Shown here piece by piece: positions 1 through 8,700 of a DNA stretch of 64,000 nucleotides (the stretch's first letter is position 1; every line of letters starts with the position of its first letter). The translations under genes were made by a program, and so were the position numbers. Source of the DNA: an uncultured Methanomassiliicoccales archaeon (GTDB taxonomy: Archaea; Thermoplasmatota; Thermoplasmata; RBG-16-68-12; JAJISG01); assembly GCA_964348155.1 (NCBI GenBank), contig CAYGBN010000002.1:3520-67519 (forward strand). The letters are read 5' to 3'. The notes under the pieces are model-generated. The model had not been told where the DNA came from. It did not search any database and saw only the letters and a program-made list of their open reading frames with translations.

Positions 1-666
1 CCGGCGGGGAACACGACCCTGGTGACGGGCACCTGCGGGACCGGGAAGACCTCCCTGAGCCTCGAGTTCATCCTTCACGGGGCGGAGGCGGGGGACGTGG
101 GCCTCTACATCTCGGCCACCGAGACCCCCGAGAAGCTCCTGGAGAGCATGATCCCCTACGACTTCTTTCACAAGAAGCTCCTGGACGAGGGGAAGGTGGA
201 GTTCATCGGGCTACCCGAGATCTACAAGGCGGCCAAGGTCGAGGGGCCGGAGATCGACGCCAAGGCGGCGGAGGCCCTTCTGAAGGCCGTGGTGGCCGCC
301 GTGAAGAAGCGGAAGGCGAAGCGCCTGGTCATCGACTCCGTCACCTCCGTGTGCGCCCGTCTCGGCACGACGGACCGCATTCGGGAGTTCATCACCGCCC
401 TGAGCCACGCCCTGGCCCAGGAGGGATGCACAGCGCTCCTGGTGTCGGAGGTGGCCGCCGGCGACGAGCGCTACTCCCCCTACGGGGTGGAGGAGGCCGT
501 GGCGGACGGGGTCATCCTCCTGGGGAACCGGGAGCGACGCGGCGACCTCCTGCGAACCCTGCAAATCGTGAAGATGCGGGGGACGTCCCACTCGCGGGCG
601 CGTTACATCCTCGACCTCACCTCCAGCGGGGTGCTGCTGGCGCCCCTCCTCAAGGGGGGCGGGTAG
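1..666 (+). CDS. KaiC-like RecA-superfamily ATPase (5' end truncated by window edge)
   Basis: Translation from nt 1 reads ...NTTLVTGTCGTGKTSLSLEF... (Walker A GTGKT), followed by a KaiC/RadA-like fold with a Walker B-like LVIDSVT. The reading frame is open to the window edge. Stop is TAG at 664-666. Confidence 0.8.
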   Translation, partial: PAGNTTLVTGTCGTGKTSLSLEFILHGAEAGDVGLYISATETPEKLLESMIPYDFFHKKLLDEGKVEFIGLPEIYKAAKVEGPEIDAKAAEALLKAVVAAVKKRKAKRLVIDSVTSVCARLGTTDRIREFITALSHALAQEGCTALLVSEVAAGDERYSPYGVEEAVADGVILLGNRERRGDLLRTLQIVKMRGTSHSRARYILDLTSSGVLLAPLLKGGG

Positions 667-667
667 G

Positions 668-1237
668 TTGGCCACCTCCCTGGAAAGCCTGGGAAGGCTG
701 CAGGAGCTCCCCCCGGGGTCCGCCGTCGCCCTGCAGACGGGGGCGGAGCACTACTTCGACGCCATCCAGGCCCTCCTGGACGCCTTCGCGCCCCAGAAGG
801 GGCTCCAGGCCGTCTACGTCACGAGCACCATCCCCTCTAAGTCCATCATCCAGGCCCTGGAGGTGCTGGAGGTGGACATGGCGAACATCTACTTCGTGGA
901 CTGCGTCAGCAGCATGATGATGGGGTTCAGCGAGAAGCACCCCCACGCGGTGTACGTGGAGAGCCCCACGATGCTGGAGAACACCCTGCTGAAGGTGGAG
1001 TTCCTCATCCGCAGGCTGGATGGCGCGGACACCGTCGTCATCGTGGACTCCATCAACTCGCTGGCCATCCACAACAGCATGAAGATCCTCTCCGAGTTCC
1101 TCCACATCCTCATCACCCACCTGCGGTCCCGCAACGCCTACACCGTCATTCTGTCGATGGAGGAGTACGCCACGGAGGAGGTGGAGAGCGTCCTCAGCCT
1201 GGTGTGCGACGAGACCGTGATTTTCAGCCTGGGTTGA
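668..1237 (+). CDS. Degenerate KaiC/RecA-like domain protein (no Walker A); possibly the second domain of the upstream KaiC-like gene
   Basis: 189-aa ORF with KaiC-domain-like layout (…AVYVTSTIPS…VVIVDSINSL…) but no P-loop. TTG start 1 nt after the upstream stop. Codon usage matches neighbouring genes. Confidence 0.55.
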   Translation: MATSLESLGRLQELPPGSAVALQTGAEHYFDAIQALLDAFAPQKGLQAVYVTSTIPSKSIIQALEVLEVDMANIYFVDCVSSMMMGFSEKHPHAVYVESPTMLENTLLKVEFLIRRLDGADTVVIVDSINSLAIHNSMKILSEFLHILITHLRSRNAYTVILSMEEYATEEVESVLSLVCDETVIFSLG

Positions 1238-1246
1238 GAACCACGG

Positions 1247-1777
1247 GTGAGAATGGCGGGAAAGCCTTTATCCCGCCCTTCGCGGGAGGTCTCCTTCGTA
1301 GGGAAACCTACAGGAGGACAGAACCTGAGAACGTATACGGCGATCCGAAGGGACCGGAAGGCCGTGTCGCCGGTGATCGCGACCATCCTTATGGTGGCGA
1401 TTACCGTCGTCCTGGCTGCCGTCCTGTACGTGATGGTATCAGGACTGGTCGGGAACCCCGGACAGACGCCGAGAGCCATCGGAGTGGCCGTTAGCAAGAC
1501 GGGCGACGGGTCCAACTGGGCCCTCACCCTCAGCGACGTACAGGTCAGCAAGGCCCCGTCGGCCATCTACCTGACCGTGTTCGCCGCCGACGGCAGCGTT
1601 TCCCTGACCCGGACCGCATTCGCGTCCCTCAGCGGCAACGAGACCTACGTGCAAGTCGGCAGCGGCAACGTCGCAGCGGGTGACAAGATTCTACTCGACG
1701 TCACCACGTACCCGGCCGGCTCCGAGTTCCAGATCTCGGACGACGACGGGATCCTAGCCCAGGGCACCCTGCAGTAG
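1247..1777 (+). CDS. Class III signal peptide protein (archaeal type IV pilin / archaellin-like)
   Basis: Contains RRDRKAVSPVIATILMVAITVVLAAVLYVMVSG, the classic archaeal prepilin/archaellin N-terminal hydrophobic domain. The true start may be internal: the 40 aa upstream of the motif look non-native. Confidence 0.65.
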   Translation: MRMAGKPLSRPSREVSFVGKPTGGQNLRTYTAIRRDRKAVSPVIATILMVAITVVLAAVLYVMVSGLVGNPGQTPRAIGVAVSKTGDGSNWALTLSDVQVSKAPSAIYLTVFAADGSVSLTRTAFASLSGNETYVQVGSGNVAAGDKILLDVTTYPAGSEFQISDDDGILAQGTLQ

Positions 1778-1787
1778 GCAGGGAGGC

Positions 1788-1850
1788 GCACCCGCCTCCC
1801 CCTTCTCCCTTTTTTTCTCTCTTCCTCTCTCTCCCCTTCCCATTCTCCGC
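1788..1850 (+). terminator. Pyrimidine-only tract with a T7 run, immediately after the pilin-like gene; candidate oligo-T archaeal terminator
   Basis: cctcccccttctccctttttttctctcttcctctctctccccttcccattctcc. About 60 nt of C/T only, including TTTTTTT, 10 nt after the stop at 1777. Confidence 0.4.
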
Positions 1851-1965
1851 GGTCCAGGCCTCGCCACGGCAAACGGAAGGGCCACTCAGATCGCCCATCA
1901 CTCATCACCATCAGCGGTGAGGATGTCATCACAGTGGCCTCACACTTATGTGAGGCCCGCCGCTT

Positions 1966-2523
1966 ATGCGTTGTGGCGACGAGGCTTTGACAATCCGGAT
2001 CGTGGCCTACCACGACGAGCGGTGCGACCCCAAGCGGTGCACATCGAAGAAGCTCGCCCGCCACGGCCTCCTGCGGCTGGTGCGTCGCCGCCGCCAGGTG
2101 CCCCGGGGGTCCATCCTCCTCCACCCGGAATCGGAGGTGGCTCTCTCCCCGGCGGACGCTCCGGCCGCGCAACGCCACGGTCTCGCTGTGCTGGACACCT
2201 CGTGGAAGACCGGGCGTTTTCCCCGGGTTTCGGGCACAAGTCACCGGGCTTTGCCCTTCCTCGTGGCGGCGAATCCCGTGAACTACGGCCGCCCGCAGGT
2301 TCTCTCCAGCGTGGAGGCCCTGGCGGCCGCCCTCGTCATCCTGGGGGAGGGGGACCAGGCCCAGGCTCTCCTGGCCAAGTTCAAGTGGGGTCCCACATTC
2401 CTGACGCTCAACGCGGAGCCCCTCCGGGCATACCGGGACGCGTCGAACAGCCGCCAGGTGGTCCTCGCCCAGGCGGACTTCACCGGAGGTCCGGGGGAAG
2501 GAGGTTCGGAATCCCGTCGGTGA
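1966..2523 (+). CDS. tsr3: Tsr3-family (DUF367) 16S/18S rRNA aminocarboxypropyltransferase
   Basis: …IRIVAYHDERCDPKRCTSKKLARHGL… matches the Tsr3 N-terminal Cys-rich signature. Start may be the TTG at 1987 (M-TIRIVAYH). Confidence 0.7.
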   Translation: MRCGDEALTIRIVAYHDERCDPKRCTSKKLARHGLLRLVRRRRQVPRGSILLHPESEVALSPADAPAAQRHGLAVLDTSWKTGRFPRVSGTSHRALPFLVAANPVNYGRPQVLSSVEALAAALVILGEGDQAQALLAKFKWGPTFLTLNAEPLRAYRDASNSRQVVLAQADFTGGPGEGGSESRR

Positions 2524-2656
2524 TCTCGTAGACCTCGTCGCAGGCAGGACAGAAGAGTTCCCCCTCCATAATCTCGTCCTCCTCCACAGCGACGCGGAGC
2601 TCCAGGTCCCCCTTGCACACGGGGCAGCAGAGGATGTCCATGAGATCCCGCTTCAT
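2480..2656 (-). CDS. Trm112-like small zinc-ribbon protein (58 aa)
   Basis: Minus-strand translation MKRDLMDILCCPVCKGDLELRVAVEEDEIMEGELFCPACDEVYEITDGIPNLLPPDLR, with the Trm112 signature (CPxC…C…C…DGIPNLL). Not in the ORF track (below 60 aa). Converges on and overlaps the tsr3 3' end by about 44 nt. Confidence 0.6.
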   Translation of the reverse strand: MKRDLMDILCCPVCKGDLELRVAVEEDEIMEGELFCPACDEVYEITDGIPNLLPPDLR

Positions 2657-2739
2657 GCGGGAGGGGACACCCGGGGGCGTCGCATAAACCCTTCGCTGGG
2701 GTCCCAGAAGCGCTGGGAAAACCGATATATAGCCGGCCC

Positions 2740-5700
2740 ATGTCGTTAGCCGAGCCAGGTGGGGGCGTGACCGACGAGGAAACCTTCCAGAAACGTCTGA
2801 ACTTCGCCCTCGTTCTGGGGGGGATCTTCGCCCTGGCCCTCTTCATCCGGTCATTCTTCGTCTACGACCTGGCCCTGCGGGACTTCCTTCTGTCGGGGGG
2901 ATCGGACGCCTTCTACTACCGCTGGACCATCGACCACATCGTCACCACGGGGACCCACCTCCTCCGTGACGGGATGCTCAACTACCCCCTGGGCATGAAC
3001 AACCCGCGTCCGCCGGTGTACGGGTGGAGCGTCTCCATCGTTGGCATGATGCTGGGCTACCTGCAAGGCTCCCTGGAGCTGGGGATCGCCCAGAGCTTCC
3101 TCTTCTCCACGGCCGTGTGGGGAGCCCTGACGATCTTTCCAACCTACTTCCTGGGGCGCGACATCTTCGGGCGGCGTGCGGGCCTGGTGGGAGCTTTCTT
3201 CCTGGCGCTGATGCCGGCCCACATCCAGCGCTCCCCCCTGAGCAACGGCGACCACGACGCCCTGGTCCTCTTCTTCGTGGTGACGGCCTTCTACTTCTTC
3301 CTCCGGGCCCTCCGGGAGCTGAGACAGGAGGAGTGGGTCACTCGATGGACGAGCCCTCGCGCCGTCGTGCGGGGACTTCGCCAGCTCCTCCTGGGGAACC
3401 GAAGGACGATCCTCTTCTCCGTCATGGCGGGGACGGCCGTGGCCGCCGTGGCCCTGACCTGGCAGGGCTGGGCCTACGTCCCCGTGGTCATCATGGCCTA
3501 CTTCATCGTTCAGCTCCTCGTCCACCAGGTCCGGAACGAGGACCCCCTGGGCGTGCTGCTGGCCTTCACCGTCACCCTGGGAACCGGGGTGCTCCTGGCG
3601 GCCCCCTACTACGTGGCCACGGGCTTCGTTCGCACCTGGTTCGACATTCCCCTGATCCTGTTCGTCGCCTCCATCGGGCTGGGGTTGCTGTTCACCGTTT
3701 TCCATCGGCTCCCGTGGGTCCTGGTCATTCCCCCGGTGCTCCTGGGGTTCACCGGCGGCCTGGCCATCGCCTCGTTCTACAGTCCGGCCGTGGCCAACGC
3801 CCTAACCTCCGGCTTCGGCTACTTCGCCCCCAACAAGGTCTTCGAGACCATCGCAGAGGCGCAGCCGCCGGAGCTCAGCCAGGCCATCCTCTCCTTCGGC
3901 GCCGTCGCCTACTACCTGGCCATCTTCGGCATCGGCTGGATGGCCATCCAGTTCGTGCGGCGGCCGCGGGCGGACTACCTGTTCGCCCTGGCCTGGAGCG
4001 CGGCCGCCATCTTCATGGCCATGTCCGCCGTCCGCTTCATCTTCAACGCCTCCCCCGCCTTCGCCCTCACCTCCGCGTGGATCACGGTCCTCCTGGTGGA
4101 GCGGCTGGGATTCGAGCAGCTTCGCCGGACGGTCACCGCCTCCGGGGGTAGCCGGCTCACGGCCCTCCGAAAGGGGGTGAAGGCCCGCCACGTGGCGGGG
4201 GCGGCCTTCGTCGCCCTCCTCCTCGTCCTCCCCAACGTGTGGTACGGCGTGGACGCCGCCATCCCCTTCGAACGGAAGGCCGAGCTGGACCAGCAGGTGT
4301 ACAACGCGATTCCCGCCCCCCTCCAGCCGGGGGGCTACCAGGAGGGGAGCCTCTTCTACTTCGGGGCCTTCGGCTACAACCTTCCCATGAAGAACACCTA
4401 CTTCCCCCAGGCGTGGGAGTGGTTCCGAACCCAGGACGCGGAGGTCTTCCCCCTCACGGACCGTCCCGCCTTCCTGAGCTGGTGGGACTACGGCTTCGAG
4501 GCCATCGAGGAAGGGCGCCACCCCACGGTGGCCGACAACTTCCAGAACGGGTTCGAGTACGCGGGCCACTTCTTGCTGGCCCAGAGCGAGAACGAGGGAA
4601 TCGCTGTCCTGAACGTCCGTCTTCTCCACGGCGACCTGGTGGAGCATGGCGGCGCCCTCGGCAGCGACGTCCAGGCGATCCTGCTGGCCCACGGCCTGGA
4701 GCCGGACCTTGTCCGCGACGTCCTGGAGCGGCCCACGATCTACATCCCCATCATCAAGGCGGATCCCGACCGCTTCGGCCAGTGGGACGCCCAGATCTCC
4801 CGCCGAAACGCCCGCGTCATCTACCTGAAGGCCCTCCTCACGGAGACCCTGGACCTGGACCTCCAGGCGGCGCTCTACCGGCAGCTGCGCATGGCCACGG
4901 GCCACAGCGTGGACTACTTCGCGGTGGACTCCCGCCTGGTGCCCTTCTCCGGCTCGAACACCGGGATCTTCTACGCCCCCGTGAAGCTGACGGACCACCG
5001 CACGGCGGAGCTGGCGGGGCTCCGGAGCGTCCCGGTGGACTTCTACCGCCTCCTGGCGGAGACCACGGACGGGCGGACGTTCGAACTCCAGGACGTGCCC
5101 CCCGCCGCCCAGATTGCCAACGTCCGCATCGTATACACGGAGATGTTCTACAACAGCATGCTCTACCGCATCTTCTTCGGGCAGAAGGGGAGCGACGTGG
5201 GGCTGGAGGACGAGGGGCTCCCCGCCATCGCGCCCCCCCTGGACGGACAGACCCCGCTCCACGGTTACATGCTGAAGCACTTCCAGCTGGCGTACCGGAC
5301 GGCGTACTACAACCCCCACCCCCCGCAGGAGGTCCTCAACTTCACGGAGGAGTGGACGGCGGTGGGCCTGTTCGAGGCCCAGGACCTCCAGGAGCAGATC
5401 GCCGCGGGGGAGGCGGTGGGGACGGTGGACGTCTCCCCGTCCGTGGCCCTCCGACAGGGCATCGTCGTGCTGCGCTTCTACGACGGGGCGATCCTTCAGG
5501 GCCGCGTCACTGCGGAGGACGGGCGTCCCCTGGAGGGCGTCCGCATCACCGTCCTGGACGAGGAAGGGATCCCCCACGACACGGAGTTCACCGACGCCCA
5601 AGGGGACTACCAGGTGCTCATGCCCTCGGGCGAGGTTCGCGTGGTGGCTTCCACGGGAGACCTTATCGGGCAGTCCCGGACGGGCAGCACTCTCCTAGGG

Positions 5701-8700
5701 GATGTGACCCTTTTCGTCCGGAAGGACCAGGCGGCCCGCGTGCCGCAGGACCGGGACGGGGACGGCCGCCTGGACTACCAGGTCCGTCAGGATTTCACGG
5801 TCCCCGCCTCCACCCTCCGCGGGGTCGTCTTCGCGGACGGAAACCGGAACGCGGGGAGGGAGGGGGGGGAGGGGGGGCGGGGGGGCCTCGGGGGGGAGGT
5901 GCGGGATGGCGACGGGAACGTCGCGGGGGCGGGGATTACGGGGGCGGACGGAGTTTACGAGATCGCGGGACTCCTTCCCGGGGACTACAGCGTCGTCCTC
6001 CTGCGGGACGACAGCCAGCTGGAGGAGGAGGACGTAACCCTCATCTTGGGCCAGGCGACGACCCACGACCTGGACCTTCCGGCCGGGCACCTCTTGGGGA
6101 CCCTGCGCGATGAGTACGGGCTCCCCGCGGTCGGGGGCGTGGTCGACATCGTGGAGGACGCCACGGGGCGACGTTGGACCGTGCCGGTGGACGAGGAGGG
6201 GGCCTTCGACGCGGCGGGGCTTGTGGAGGGCAACTACACGATACAGGGCTTTCTGGGGGCGCGGGAGTCCCTTCCCGAGCGCGTGCGGATCCCACGAGGA
6301 CTGAACGCCTCCCGGGACCTGGTTGCGAAGCCCCTTGGTGCGGTCGAGGGCCGCATCTTCGTGGCCTTCCAGCCCGCCCCCCACGCGAGCGTGTGGCTGC
6401 AGCCCCGAAAAATCCCCACGCCCGTGGCTCTCCAAGCCGACGCCGAGGGCCGATTCCAGGCGTCCCTCCCCGTTGGAACCTACGACGCCTACGCCCTCCA
6501 CTACCGGGCTGCTGAGCCCCACAGCTTCCTGGGCGTCCTCACGGTGGCGGAGGGCGCCGTTCAGACCTGGGACATCTTCCTGCAGCCCGCGGTTCACGTG
6601 TCCGGCCGGGTGACCCTGGCGGACGCCGGGGAGCCCGGCGTGTCCGTCACCTTCGCCCAGGGTGAGGCCTCCCGCACGGCCACCACGGGCGACACGGGCG
6701 ACTACGCCCTCCACCTGCCCAAGGGGCTCTACCGGGTGTGGGCCCTGCACCCCGAGGGGCAGTACGTCGCCAGCCACAGCCTCGGCGGGACCGCCCGGCT
6801 GGACCTCCGCCTGGCGGAGGCCGACTCTGCGGAGGGGCGGGTCTTCTACGACCGCAACGGCAACGGCACCTGGGACCCCGGGGAGGGAGTGGAGGGAGTG
6901 CGCCTCCAGTTCGTGGAGGAGGGCGGAGTCGCCTTCCGTCTCGACGCCGGGGCGGAGGGGACGTACATGGTGTCCCTCCTCCCCGGGACGTCGTACACGC
7001 TGAAGGTGGAGGAGGCCGGCTTCCTTCCCCTCTCCCTGGGCCCCTTCACGTCCGTCACCTTCCTCCCCCAGACCAATCTGGAGCTTCGACCGGAGCCCGT
7101 GGACGTGGACGGCACCCTGGTCCCCCTGGACGCCCTGGACCTGGAGGGGACGCCCGTCGCCTTTGCCCCCCTGGGGGACGGGGCGGAGGCAGCGGAGGCG
7201 ACGGCGGACGCGAGCGGCGCCTTCGTCGTGGACCTGCTGCCGGGGCTGTACGCCGTGGAGGTAGACGCCCCCGAGGACGGGGACGAGGCCGTCCGGATCC
7301 AGCTCCCGGAAGTGCGGACCCTGCGCATTCCCGTGGGGAAGGGGAACACGACCCTGGCCGTCGAGGTCGTGAAGCGCGTGCAGCTCAACGGCAGCCTGGA
7401 GGTGGCCGGAGGTCCAATGCAGGGGGCCCTGCTCCTCCAGGGGCCCGAGGAGCTCGAGGTGAGCGTGGACGGGAACTACACCGTCCTCCTGCGACCGGGC
7501 AACTACACCCTGTTCGGCGGCGCCTTCGCCGGCGGGTTGCCGTATGTCCTGCTGGAGCGCCTCAGCGTCACCGCCCCGACCACGTTCAACGCCTCCCTCA
7601 CGCCCGCGGCCCAGGTGGACGGCCGCGTGACCGTGGAAGGGCAGGCCCCCCCCGCGGCCATGGATCTCACCTTCCTCCGGACGGACGGCGCGAGTCTGAC
7701 CCTGCGGACGGACGCTCAGGGCGGCTACGAGGCGATCCTGGCCCCGGGCAACTACACCGTCTCCCTCGCCTGGCAGGGAGTGGACGGCGTGGACGGGCCC
7801 CTCCGGTTCGTGCGCTACAGCCTGAGCCAGGAGGTCGCCTTAGAGGCGGAAGAGGTCCGGACCCTAGACCTTCCCGTGGTCCGCACGCTCGAAAACGCCA
7901 CCCTGGAGGGGCGCGTCCTCCTGGGCGGGATGCCGGCGTCCGCCCAGGTCACCTTCGAGGCCGCCAACGCCACGGCCATGGACGCGTCCCTGGTCACCGG
8001 CGGCACCTTCACAGTCGCCCTCGCCCCCGGCCGGTACAACGTCTACGTCTTCCGGGAGACGGGGAAGACGGTCAGCCTCTCGTCGCTTCTCGTCCAGCCG
8101 GGAACGAGCAACGAGGTGACGCTCCTCCTGGAGTCGGGCTACCGCGTGGCCGGCATCGTGTCCCTCCCCGACGGGAGCCGAACGACCACGACCCTCACCT
8201 TCGCCGCGGAGGCGAGCGTGAACGTCACCACGGACGCCGCGGGGGTCTACGAGGCCTATCTCCCGGCGGGGACGTACGCTCTAGCGGCCCGGGTCCAGCG
8301 CACGGAGCGCGGCGTTCCCGTGGAGTACAGCCTGGAGGAGGAGTTCGTCCTCGTCGCGAGCACGACCCGTAACCTGCAGCTGGCGCGGCGCGACGACCCC
8401 GCCGTCACCCTGGCGTGGGACGTCCAGCAGCGGGCGACGGTGTCCGCGGGGAGCGTCGTGGACTACACCCTAACCCTCCGGAACACAGGGAACGTGGACG
8501 ACCGCTACGGGATGACGGCCTCCGTCCCGGGTTGGACCTTCGACTTCAAGCCACGTAGGGTGACCCTACCCTTCGGCCAGGACAACGAGGCCGTCGTGGA
8601 GGTGCGCATCACCACGCCTCCCGACGCTCTGGTGGAGCATCCCTCCCTGGTGGTGGAGGCCGCCTCCCTCCTGGGGACGGGGTCGCGGGACCTCCTCTCG

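Noticed and set aside
3802-6113. Long alternative-frame ORFs (e.g. 3802..5601 minus 599 aa, 4239..6113 plus 624 aa, 6738..8372 plus 544 aa) overlapping aglB
   Set aside because: Their translations are Arg/Gly/Pro-rich low-complexity strings typical of off-frame reading of high-GC coding DNA. They are fully embedded in a gene with strong STT3 homology and coherent codon usage.
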